Below are positions 36,571-49,556 of a stretch of DNA of 64,000 nucleotides, piece by piece. Below the pieces are notes generated by a model. The model saw only the letters and a program-made list of their open reading frames with translations, did not search any database and was not told the origin of the DNA. The translations under genes and the position numbers were made by a program. Numbering within the stretch: position 1 is the first letter of the stretch; each line of letters opens with the position of its first letter. The stretch is from Lingula anatina (taxonomy: Eukaryota > Animalia > Brachiopoda), in assembly GCA_051362555.1 (NCBI GenBank), contig CM120647.1:7440001-7504000 (forward strand). Direction: 5' to 3'.

Positions 36571-38835
36571 TAACAGCGTTTGGGGTATTGTTCTATCGTT
36601 AGAGGCGGCACTCTCCTTTTCTAATTATAACATCTGGCTGTGCTTTGGTGAGGTTGGGTTTTGGTGATTTGGGATTTTCAGTGTGGGCAAATTGCATCAT
36701 TTTGCTCGTTAGCAGTGAAAAGTTGAAAACGGATGCCTTATCAAATAATTTCGAATGATCAAAGAATTTCGACCGACAAATCGGTGAAGCTAAAGATTAT
36801 TATTTAGTGACGCAAGTGACACTGAAAACGGCAGCATCGGGTTCCTGCATGCAGTGCCTAACTTCATTATGCGCAAAGAAAAGATCCATCCATTTGTTAA
36901 AATTCAACCACTGTCTCCTCAATGAGGTTCAGATTTTGTCCGTTTTCCAAATCTACGACACAATAGAATACATCATAGCCACATCGCGTTTGCAACCGTA
37001 GACGCAGAGAGTCATCAATTATCACTTAAATATCACTGATCACAAACTCTTAAAAAAGGAAACGATAAAAAGAAGCTGTGGCACACGTTAAATATGCGAG
37101 TATTTATATGTTCACTGTCAACGGATGAATCGACAGATGAAATGATGTATTGGTATTTTTAGAATGTCCTCATCTGGTGTCTGGCAAATACATTTTCTGT
37201 GGAACCTTTGCAACTGCGTTTCCCCCATTTAATAGAGAATGCCAGTCATTCTTACCAGCAGACAAGTGCAGCAAGGTGACGGTTCACAAAATTGGACCTT
37301 ATTGGGCTGAAATACTTGCCTGAGGACCCTTGTAACTTCTTCCAAATTATATGCCCAAAAATCGTATTTCAAGGGATTTATGACTGATTCTCGTTTTTTT
37401 TTTTTTTTTTTTTTTTCCACATTTCGAAGCAGATTTTCTGCAGCAAACATGCAAATCATTTATGAGTATTTTCTCCTCATCTACCTATATATTTACAATA
37501 TTCATATATGATGCATTTTCTTGATAAATATGACTCTTCATAAGACATTCAATAAAAAAATACAACCCGCCTTGTTTGCATTGTCCCCACAAAACCATGT
37601 TTGAACATAGTGACTTTCAAAGGTTCATTTACCCACTAGCAGAAGTCCTATGGCTCTCAACACTGTATCGGTCTGTTAAGGAACATTAGAAAGATTAAAT
37701 ACAAAAGATATCCTGGTGGCATTTTATTTTGTTGACGATACATTGATGTTTTCAAATGTATAAATTTAGATGGGAGTGGCTCTTGTCTTGGCCAGTAATA
37801 CCTGCTCATTCCCTCTTATCAAGTGTAGGAACGGGCCAACCAATAATGTTCAATCCTGCTTTTTATCCCAGGAAAATTCTTTGTGGCTGGAAAGTCCCAT
37901 GGAGAACACCTTTAGAGAAACATGTGGACCCAGCGTCAGTGAAGCGTGGATTCCCAGTAATGTATATAAACCACTTATACTAGTATCTTGTACACCTCAA
38001 ATAAGTTCGATATGCCAAAGGATAAACCAAATTAATCACTAGATCAACCATAAAAGAGCTTTAAACTGTTCCTTTCTTTAAATTTGGTCGTAAATTCAAC
38101 CTACTACACCTGTTTATTGGTCCCATTTATATACAGCTAAGAAAGGTATAAAAATGTAGCAGAAATATCCCTTCAAATATCATTTTTCGGATATATTAAA
38201 CAGTGCCTTTTGACAATTCTCTTATTTATACTTTTTGAAACTATATGCTGGCATTTGGCTTTAGTAACAAAACAAAAGTGACTTCTTATGCATCTTTTAT
38301 TATCTAATTTTTATATATAAATACATGTACATATGTACCTGCAGATATAGACTTTATTTCCTTGTTCACAATTGTAAGTTCTTTCATCTCTAGAAATATA
38401 TTAACTCATCTATAATTTGCAGATACATGGTTTTACAAATGCCACCTACTATATCATATCTAAAATTAATTATTATTTAATATATTTCGATGAAAATGGT
38501 TTATAAAGCATTAGTGATTAAAAATCTCAAAAATTAAACTACAGTTCGGTCTGAATAAATCAGATGCTTTTGAAAATATCACAAATGATGAAATTATCTG
38601 CAAAACGATATCCGCATATTCACCACAGTGAGTGAGAAGCAAAAGACGAAAGAAGAAAGAAAAATACGAAAACAAAGAAAATAAAGATAGACGGACAGGC
38701 AGACAGGCATATAGATAGATAGACAGATAGATTACTAAAATATAAGCTTCTATGTGAAGAAGATATTTCATAGGTCCAATGAACGTATATAGTATTCTGC
38801 TGTAACGTGTCAGAGTTCCCTATGATTGAGAGTCC

Positions 38836-39151
38836 GCCTCCCATACATTTGTTCAGGTAAGGCTCGCCCTAGATTTTCACCAACCTACGTCAGACTAACC
38901 CTAGCCATTATAACTAAATAATATCAGCCCCGCTTCCCATTCATCTGTACAAGTAAGGCTGGCCCTAGATTCTGACCAACCTACGTCAGGCTAACCCTAA
39001 CCATTATAACAAAATAATATCAGGTCTGCTTCCCATTCATCTATATAGGTAAGGCTCGCCCTAGATTTTGACCCACGTAGGTCAGGCTAACCCTAACCAT
39101 TATAACTAAATAATATCAGGTCCACTTCCCATTCATCTGTACAGGCAAGGC
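38836..39151. repeat. 96-bp tandem repeat, about 3.3 copies
   Basis: g[t/c]aaggct.gccctagatt... recurs at 38857, 38953, 39049 and 39145 (exact 96-bp period). Confidence 0.9.
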
Positions 39152-42100
39152 ATTACATTGACATATTATGAAGAAACACATGTACCATACTGTTTTGCTT
39201 GGCATAATATTTAACATTACATGCATATAAATATTAATGTTTTTTTTCTGCTTTCTTATAGCTAATCATTGTTGTAGTAATTATCCAGATACAGTAACTT
39301 GAAGATAAAATACAGGTATTCATAATTTTCAAGGTGTGGTTTCTCCTAGTTACAGATATTACTGGATATTATTGTCTGCACTATCAGCTTTTCTCTGCCT
39401 TTTCCAATAATTTCTAAAATTCAGTGTTTGATATGGATGCTAATGCATTATGTACACTTGCTACTTACAGCTGAATGAAAAGAAATCATGATTGCATGCC
39501 AATTTCATTTTATGTTTATTATTAAACAGTAACTGTTGTGCTAAAGTTATGATTAATTACAACAATTTGAATCTGAATTAAAGTTGAAATGTAAATTTAT
39601 TTTGAGATTTTTTGATTATTTTATTTTTTGTAAAGAAAAATGAAATGAAAGGATGAAATAGTGCTAGTTTGTATAAAATGATATCAACTGCTTTGTTAAT
39701 GATATCTTAAACCAAATTATATATATTTTTAATTATTTTCTTCTTTTGCAGGTTCATGATGGCAGATACGGCTGGAATAGCTGAAGGTCAAACTCACCAA
39801 GGTCAAGGCCACCAAGGTCAAGGCTACCAAGGGAAACCTGGCAGTGGTAAAAAAGGACATGAAAAATAAACCCAAAAGTGTAGCAAATGATCAAATCAAA
39901 AAACAAACTGATCTCAATTCACCGAGGACTTTGAATAAACCATCAACAGGGTCTCAGGGAAGCCAGAAATCTAAAGGTCAAGATAAAGGTCAGGGTTTTG
40001 GTTAAAGGTCAGCAAAAATCTACAGACTCAAATTCTCCTCAGAATTCAAAAGCACAGTTAAAGGCAGATAGGAGAGCACTTCAGGTAAATTGTGCCAGCT
40101 TACTTTTATTGTTTTTAGACCTCTCTTTTTTCTCCCCTTCCCCCCCCCCCCCCCCAAACCCAGCATTTTTTTCTCCTGTAGCCCTGATCTTAATACTCAT
40201 ATTATGTTAGATATTGGTGTACCATCACACGTCACAGTAGGTAAAAATAATCCTAGCAACTGTTCGAATGAAGCAATGAGGTTTATTTATAATACGTTTG
40301 GTTTCTGGAGGCTCAGCGTGCTGCCAAAACTGCTTCCAAGGAGGGAGGGGGTGGGGTGTGGGTCCAATGCAAGGTGTATTGCACTGCTTAATGCCTTCAA
40401 ACAGGTGGGTAAAAATTGGGTCTCTGTTGAACAATGGCTCACTCACTTTTTTTTTTTTTTTTGTAATGTAAAGCCTATTATTATTAATATAAAAGAAATA
40501 TATACTAGTATTAGAAAATGAAATAAAACAGATTGAAATATAAAATGTCTCTCTGGTGTATTGGTAAGCTCCAAGTCAGATTTTTATTGATAATAATGAA
40601 AATCAGAAGTAAAGTTGACAAGACTGACATGTCTACTTGCTTTATACTAGATGCATTCCCTTGTGTAAGACAATAACTACCTTGACTGTTTTCTGTAATT
40701 ATTTGTCGATTATTTCTCCCAGGTTGAACTCTCCGAAATAGACTGAGTGAGACACATATTTTGGCTCTTCGATTTTCAGTTACTATATTTTCAAAGTTCC
40801 ACTTGGTTAACATCCCTAATATGATAAAAACTATCAGTTAATATTTAATATATTTCTAGCCCAGGTTGGCCTATTTAAGTCTCTTTGGAAATGCTCTCAA
40901 AGCTCCCAATTGGACAGAAAAAAATAAAATTTTCAGTTAATCTTTATAGTGTCTCATGCAGTGGTAGCCCATTACAGCAACATAGTAGTGGAAGGGCTTT
41001 AAAGCTATCAAATGGAAAAATACAATGAATATAATTCTTTGGAATAGGGCAACATTTATAAAAAAATACTATTATTTTCTTTCAGTTTCTTGGCCCAGTG
41101 TCGGCCAATTACAGTCAGTATGGCACATCAACCATACACCAAGTGAGATGCCAGACTCGGAGGTGAGTTTTTTTTCTCTTTTTTTCTAAACAGTTTTAGC
41201 TTAAACAACCCCACATCCAGGGTCTTAAGACCACCAAGCCATTTCTACCTATAATGTATTTCCAAACAACGCAAATTCATGTCTGATTGTGGTCATATAA
41301 AAGTTTTATATGTTTGGATGACTGCCAGGTTAAAAACTGTTAGCTTACTGGCCATTCAGAGCACCAGAAGTCATATAATTTGCAGACCCAAATCAGGATT
41401 CACTGGTCCAAATAAGAATTTCATTAAGACTGGATATTTACGCCTGTTACATTAAAACTTAATTTTGACAAATATGATTTTTAAATAAGTTGATGCTTCT
41501 AATAGGTTTATAAAACCGTTTGGCATATTTGTCTTTGATTCTTTAAGCTTGGGCATATTTATCTCGGCAAATAAGTCGTGTAATTCGGCGTTTGTAATTT
41601 CATTCTTATGTGATTTATATAGTGTTTGGAAGAAACCCTTTACACAATTTAATTTCTCATAAAAAATGAATCGCAAAGGTTATGAATATCGCTGACAAGT
41701 GATTTTAGGAATGGAAATTGAGAGGATAATTAAAGATTTGAATTTTTTCTCAGGCCAAAAGAAAATTTTGAATGAAGTAATTGAAGATTTCCTGCAAGAG
41801 AAGATAGTTCTAGCTGGAAGAGCCATCCCAGCAGGCATAGTGACATTGGAACAACGTTGAAAACAGGTTGGGACTTTGAATCGCCGTTGATCTACATAAA
41901 TTCAACGTCAAATGAAGGTTGATCCAGCCACGTCAAAACGCCGTCATAATGTGACGTTGACTCAACGTTGTATTTTGGTTATTGACTCAACGTTGTTGTT
42001 TGGTCGTCGTGATGCAAAATGTATCGTTATTTAAAATATTAATTATTGAAAACGTGATACTTTGTTTATTAATACTGTAACGAACTTTATCAAAATATTA

Positions 42101-42184
42101 AAAACGGTGTTTTAAAGTAAAAGTGACAGTTGTTTTTTACCTTTAGTGAACTAGTGGATTTTCTTAACTTGTTATTCAGAAATA

Positions 42185-43058
42185 CAGACTTGACATTTAA
42201 TATGGAATATTTTTTTCCAAATCATTTTTCATCAGTTTTTTCGTATTGTGCTAACTGATAAATGAAAATAAGCCTCTTCTGGATCTCTGTAAACTCTGTT
42301 ATGACTAGTTGAGCGGTACAGGTGAAATCTAACCTCAATAAAGAAAACCACGCGGTTTCAGTGTTCTATCCAGAAACGGTAATGGTCCCCAATTCATAAG
42401 AGAAACAGACGACGGTGTTTTGCTGTTTACTGTTGATTCCTCGGAGGTCGTCTGGTTTTTAACATGCTAAAACCAGTTTGGTTTTTTGCTAAGGGCCTTT
42501 AAAATGCGTTTTGGCGGCATTTTACCCCTCCTTCTAAACGGACTGGGTGGTTTTGTTTAGTTGCAGCAGCAAATCTCGAAAGACAGCGAGTCCTGTACCC
42601 TGGTGGTAAGCTTTCGATACATTGGGTGAAACCTCAGTCTAGGTACATCGGTCTGGGCTTTCCTCTATAAAACTGTGCGGACCGTTCCGTTTGGCGCAAT
42701 AATTTGTCTGTATTTTTCGCGCCATTCTGCCATAGATTAACAATTCTGTAATACACTGTTTGGCTCATTTTACGCACTGCAAAACCGACCGCTTGTATGC
42801 AAAAAGTTTAATTCTTTTATGCAGTAGTTGCCGATGCTTTGCCAGAGCCAAGCTTTGACCAGCCCAAAAGAGCACTACCCAATTAAATCACTGCATATTA
42901 CACAATACAACAGCGCAACAGACATGGTAGTCAGTTAATTGGTAGCGACATACCTGACTTAACACTTCTCCATTGATACATCTTATATGAGATCGGAATT
43001 TTTTTTTACCTAGGCATACCTTCAAAACTGAAATATTCCATATTAAATGTCAAGTCTG
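42185..43058 (-). mobile_element. Internally deleted Tc1-family element, TA TSD
   Basis: Perfect TIR CAGACTTGACATTTAATATGGAATATTT at both ends, flanked by TA; interior homologous to 62907-64000. Confidence 0.85.
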
Positions 43059-43122
43059 TACATTCCAATAAACTTCATTGCAAGGTCAGCTAACACTAGG
43101 ATGAATAAGTCGCTGTAAGTGT

Positions 43123-43442
43123 TGTAATGATGTAATAAGCCACGTGATGTAGGTCAGAGGTCATGAGTGTGAAGCGGGAAGTCGGGATGCGACGTGGCAT
43201 GTGAGACATGGACTTTTAATTATATAGCCATGGCGTGAGTATTGCACATAGCGGACATCAAGGGATTGTGAAAACTGTTGCTTTACTACGCGAGAAGGTG
43301 TGGTTTCCTAGAATGCATAAACTTGTCGAAGACACAGTGAAATCGTGTAAACACTGTCAAATTTCAACGAAGATTATCACGCGAGAACCGCTTCACACTC
43401 ATGACCTCTGACCTACATCACGTGGCTTATTACATCATTACA
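43123..43442 (+). mobile_element. 320-bp TGT...ACA mini-element with 55-bp perfect inverted repeats, 5-bp TSD and a Gypsy-type integrase HHCC fragment
   Basis: 43123-43177 is the exact reverse complement of 43388-43442; AGTGT on both flanks; 43241-43393 reads IAHSGHQGIVKTVALLREKVWFPRMHKLVEDTVKSCKHCQISTKIITREPL. Confidence 0.85.
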
Positions 43443-43719
43443 AGTGTGATGGAGTGAAGATAGCAATGTTGACAGTTCATGGCACCCTGTTATAGATATT
43501 GAATAGATAACAGCATTGGTAAAAGCAAAACTTAAACACCCATTGTTACAGACGTCACATTTTAGCCTTTAGGACATCACCTTGTAACAAATAAACAAAA
43601 AAACCCTGAAGAAAGAATGAAACCGGTCGGGGCAAAATAGCTGCTGTTCTTTTTTTTTCCCCTTTTTTTTTTCTTTTTATTATATATAATATATACTCGT
43701 ACAGGAAGAACACTTTTAC

Positions 43720-43764
<45 letters not shown>

Positions 43765-45664
43765 AAAATCCTTACTTAAAGGCCATACATATATACCCTA
43801 CATATATTTAGCCACCAAACATGTCCTACTGCTAAGCACATCCAGGCTAAAAGGGTGTACCATGCTTAGGTGCAAGATTCCGGTATTGCCATCTCGATCT
43901 TGATTTCATATATAACCCATATTAGCAATCTTCTTCAAAAGGATGAGTGCGAATAACCATTGGCAAAGTGCCCATCTTCAAAATTTAAAAATAAATTGCT
44001 ATTATAAAGGTTATGCATATATTTGTTGCATGGAAAAATATTATTTGGTTTGAGGCATTGTAACTTAGTATTTTAATGAGTTATATGTGGGGGGGGGGGA
44101 GCCGGATTTACCTGTTGTGTGCAGTCTAATGAATCAGAGCAACTTGTTTCAGCATTTACATGTTACAAAAACGATTTTTTTCTAATGAAACTTGTCTTGT
44201 GATGTAAAAAAGAGTTATATGTTAAATAATTGTGGTGTGGCACAAGTAAATGGGAAAGTAATTATTGTTTCTTTTATTCTAGATAAGAGAGGGAGGGGTG
44301 GTATATTACGGTATTTTCTCACAGAAGCCATCACTGAATTTACTTAACTGTATAAAAGTCTTGTTACTAGAAAAACTTGTTTCAGCGTATTTATTAATTT
44401 TATATAACTTTTCTCACAGACCAGCATTTGTTGGTCTAAATAATTGTATTTTTAACCAATACACATTTCTAAGGAATAGTAAAAAATGCTAAAAGCAAAA
44501 GGCTATTACAGTAACAACAAAAAAATGTGTAAAAGCACTCTAAACAGCTATTTGGAATGTTTCCATAAACCATAAAATAAACATGGTATAAATTGCACCA
44601 AAATAATGATGAGGTATAACTAAAAACTAAATGAAAATATAGTACACATAATAACAGTTATGGCCAATAATCTGTATGACAATGAAATTAAATCACCTAA
44701 AAAGTACTTCATATATGATTATGTAATGATAAAGACCTTGTATAGAATGCAATTCAAGAGTTATTTTATACAAAATATACAAATATGAGTATAAAAAATG
44801 TATAATGAAACAATAGATAATTAATCAGATGTGCTGTCCGAAACACATTTTGTCTTGCTAATACTGTCACCACTTGATGTTGGTAAATGTGAGGTATCCA
44901 AACAGCCTTCTCCACAACATAATTTTCGATTGTATCCCTGCCTCATGTCAAACCCCATATACCACAGGACTGAAGCGATATGTGCACAGCTTCCAACTGT
45001 CTATGAACCAGCTTTACACTGTCAGTACCCGCCACTGATGGGTCTAGTTTTGCTATGGGAGGTCTGAATCCATAATGTGTACTGGTGGCTAGATGTGTGT
45101 CTTAATTAACTATTTTGGATCTGATTAAATCAGGTGCATTCTTGCATACACTGATTTCAAACTGGCCATCTAGCAAATGCTCATCAGTATATTGGCTAGC
45201 TTGCTTTATCTGGTAAACTTCTGGTAATTATTATAGGCTGTTGGTCTCTTGTATGGACTATTTACCAAGTCAATAGGTTTTCACTGACAAATAAAGCCAT
45301 TCATAGCATTTTGGTGAAAAAAAAGAAGAAAAAAAAACTCTGCAAAGCTATTATGAATAGTGCTGGTGTGGAAGATTAGGTCATAAGTAACAAAACTAGG
45401 GTGTGTGTGATGGAGCCTTTTATTTTACTTTTTATGCAAAATAGACATGAAAGAGGATTAGGGTTTGGTGTAGAGGTATATTACAGCATGCATGGGTCTC
45501 TATATAAAGTAGGAGCCACCACAATGTACATCTACTATTATGATAATTAATATAACTTTGAATATCTGAAGCACATTTTACATTTAATCTTTCTTTATCC
45601 TAAGAAATAAGAATGAAAGTAAGATATACTTACTGTATTTGGACTCTATTTCCTATCCATATTA

Positions 45665-45701
<37 letters not shown>

Positions 45702-47908
45702 ATGATAGCATGCATTACATATATGAAAATGACTTTTTTTTGGTTGTAATTAAAAATATTTTACTGACTCTAACCCCTATTTTCCTTTCAAAGACCTACA
45801 TTTTATTTTGGGTTGTTCTTTTGTACAAAAGTTTCACTGTATCTGCCTAGCCACCCTAAGTAAGCATGTGGCAGCTACCTCATGGCAGGAATAAACATGG
45901 CCGCCTGCTAGCATATGGACTGAAAATGTCCCTATTTAGTTTGAGTACATATCGAGCCCAACCCTCAGACAAGCTGATTTTCACATATATTTCACCTTAT
46001 ATTCATATCTTTTCAACCATGGATAATTAGCTTGTCTGAGGCAGGGGCTCATATAAAAAATGAACATCTTTTATCCTCAAGTCACTGTAAGATTCTTCTT
46101 TCAATTAGCACTACATGTATAAATAAAGCAATCAAAATATTGATCACAAACAATGATTGGCCACATGTTGCCTTACTTTTTTACATGGGCACCTTCTGTA
46201 CCCAATTACAAAATTTCACAGTTGTCACCTTACTGTAACTAAAGATACGTAGCATTGCAATTCAGACCCCCCCTAAAACACACATTTTCATGAATATCTG
46301 ACAAGGTCATTTTGACATTAATTTTTCATATTTCAAATTCAATAAAAATAATTTTTTTTAAGTGGATCATAAAAGTGTAAGACCCCAACTTTAATTTGGC
46401 ATCAATTTTTTTCCATTCATTCACAATTTATTTTTCATGTACAAAAGTGGGCACTTTTACCCCCTTATTCGCACTCATCCTTTTGCCTGGGGCCCTTCCA
46501 TATTTGGAAGTCACATTTGTCGTACCTGTACGTCGCAGCTGTGTGCGCCTGGATCCATATTTGGAAGTCATAAGTCTCGCACGTCACAGGTTTGCCCGCC
46601 TGGAGCTGCCTTTCCCGCCTTGCGCTGATGTTATCTCGTGCAGACGAGACAAGAAGCAAAGTGGCTGACGCGAAGTTAGAAGTTTGAATTAAGAATATCT
46701 TGCAGTCGAAGGTCAGTGCCACAACACAAGCAACATTCTGCTTTTTGGTGTAGCCATTGCTCAACCCTTATAGTGGTATCGGGCATACAGTATAGTACAC
46801 GTGTAGCTGCCAAACTTGGCACACGGCAAGCACGTGTATTGTGTTCATACCTCCAGGGGAAAATGTTCTTTGATGAGCAAAAAATACAAAAACATTGGAT
46901 ATATCTTTTCTTTTCGACGAATATTATTTATTTTTTCACTTTACATCTTAAATACAGTAAATAAAATTAAATAAAGCAGAATTAAATGTTTTACGTTTCA
47001 TTTTGGTTTAATGGCATTCAGCTGCAGATTCACTTTTTTTTTTTTTTTTTTTTTTTTGATTGACGGAAGTCGAACATGGTCGCTGTTCCTCTGAGCCACT
47101 GTGAAGCTATCGCGTGAAAACGTTTCAATAGTTAATTATCTTGCTTCACAGTGGTCCTGACACTCAGGGTAGTGCAAAATATGCTTAGGAGCTAAATGCG
47201 TTGAAAAATGAGACAAAGCAGGCACTTGGATGTTTTTACAGTGTAGGTTATAATTGTGTACCTGTGTTTAATACCAAAAACAAAAACATTTCAGGTCATT
47301 TTAATGTCTTTTCATGCAAGAATGTTGTCTAACAACTGGGGTTGATATAATGTTGTTATCTGACCGTGATACAACGTTGTTATCTGACGTTGATCCAACT
47401 TTCAAATCCAACGTTTATCCAACGTCTTATCAACGTTATGGTTCAACGTTGTTTCAACGTTACAACAACATGATTTACCCGCTGGGATATCTCTAACTGC
47501 TGTGCAGAAAATCCAAGATGGGGATGCCCTTCTAGTGTTTGGTTGGTGAGTGGAGTTGGGATGGGTATACCAATGGTGAGTCAGGTGTCAGTTAATTTAC
47601 TAAACATTTTTTTTTTCATCTCAGCTCTTCTTTGATCCGGAAGATACTCCACTGCACACTCGAAAGGAAGACAATTTCGTCTTATCATTGTAGATGGTCG
47701 TCCAAAGTTAGAAGGGCCAGAGATGCTCCGTCGCCTTGTTCGACAAGGCATTAAGTGTTCTCATCAATACAGCTTCTTACGGTATGCAAGAGGTTAGTGC
47801 GATTTATTACAAACCAGGGGTTTCCCCAGGATTTGGGGTACTGGAAATCCAAAATGTGAATCTCTCATTTGCTCGTTGATTTACAGGGAGTCCAACCAAA
47901 GCATGCCC

Positions 47909-48445
47909 AAGGGCACTTAGGATCATTTTCCCTAAATAACCTTATGTTGATGCTCTAGCCAAAGCAAAACTTATTAGATTAAAAGAGCGCAGATTTGAAC
48001 TCCGCAAATCACTCTTCGCCAAAAAAAATGACACAAACAAGCTGAAATACCTTTTAACCTACAATCCACACAGGAGACTAGGCAATAGCCTGTCGACGTT
48101 TAACATACCAAAAATTAGAACTGAAAGTTTTAAAAACACTTTTATTCCTTTCTGTTTATTAAACCAATAGTAGTCTGAGTTTTACTGTTGATATTCATTT
48201 TGGCCTTCATTGTATTTAATTTTCATTACTCCATCCTCTTTTACACTAGCTTTCAGGTGCCTGTGCAAAAATGTATTTTATTTATTTATTTTATTTTATA
48301 AATCTCATTAAGTTCTATTCGCATATCCTATATTATATATCAATATTTTGATTTGTAAATTTGTAAATTTTATTCTTACTCCATTTTATTTATAACTTCA
48401 ACCTTTTGGTTGCCATGTATTAATAAACTTACTTACTTACTTACT
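47909..48445 (+). mobile_element. 3' fragment of a CR1/L2-group LINE with (TACT)n tail
   Basis: RALRIIFP...Y.DAL..A.L..LKERR...IPKIRTESFKNTFIPF-stop, 3' UTR, AATAAA then (cttа-type) tetranucleotide repeats; absent from the same intron in copies 1 and 2. Confidence 0.8.
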
Positions 48446-49245
48446 AACCAACCCCAAAGTTTTGTAAGCCATCCAGCCGTCCTTGGAAATATTGGCCATT
48501 TTTGAGGCTGATGGCTGACATCTAAATGATGGCTGGGCGGCTCTCTGGGAAAAGCCTTGTTTCAAACAAACAAACAAACAAAAAATTAACAGTATTTCAG
48601 TCAGCACTATGCACCACACGTTAGCTAGAGCAATGCACAATGGTCAACCAACACAATATCTCAACCAATATAATGCACAGTCTCCTCTAACACAATGCTC
48701 TGTGAGAAAGCTCCTTTCACTCTTGGTAAAGAAACTTGTACAGTGTACACTGGTTCATCAAACACTGTTCTCTGCATCTAGGACAATAAATAAATTATTT
48801 CACCTGCTTCAGAAAAGTGTATTATGTCTCTGTTGAGGAGATGATAATGGTTTGCCTTTATACAACTAAATGCCTCATCTAACACAATATACATTGACAA
48901 TACATCCATGTAACGTGTGTTTTGTCTCAACCAACACAGTCCAAACTGTCTCCTCAAAGAAAATATCCATATCTCATCTAGCACAGTGTATTTCATCTAT
49001 ACATTGTATTTTATATAATAGACAAAGTAACACTGTGATTCATCATAATGATTCCAGGCTACGAAAGTCTTCTTAGGTGCTCATGCTTTGCTAGCCAATG
49101 GTTATGTCATGTCATGTCCAGAGTTGGGACTTCCCAGATCTCGCTCCTGGCCAAGGCGTATAATGTGTCGGTCCTGGTGTGTTGTGAGACCTACACGTTC
49201 TGTGAGAGAGTGCAGGCAGATTCTTTTGTTGACAATGAATTACGT

Positions 49246-49303
<58 letters not shown>

Positions 49304-49502
49304 CAGGTCTCTCTCTCTCTTTCTGATTGCATTCACAACAGTCGACTGATAGATCCGTGGATCAAATATTGCCGACCCACTTGAATAATTATTACACAAT
49401 CCCCGCGGGGAATCTACGCAGTGTCTATTAGGGGATTAGGTGGCACGATTTTAAGTGGGTCGATGGTATTTGATCCGCAGATCAACTTGTTCTGAATGCA
49501 GC

Positions 49503-49556
<54 letters not shown>

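Larger units (their letters stand above)
41827..47486. mobile_element. 5.66-kb CCCAGC...GCTGGG element with 2-bp TSD (EnSpm/CACTA-like, non-autonomous) inserted in an eIF2B-delta exon
   Basis: AT duplicated at both ends; subterminal caacgttg repeats at both ends; removal restores gcc ata tct cta act (cf. gcc atc tct ctt act in copy 2). Confidence 0.88.

Noticed and set aside
38836-39151. CRISPR-like array
   Set aside because: Whole 96-bp monomers repeat with no unique spacers, no cas genes, eukaryotic context.
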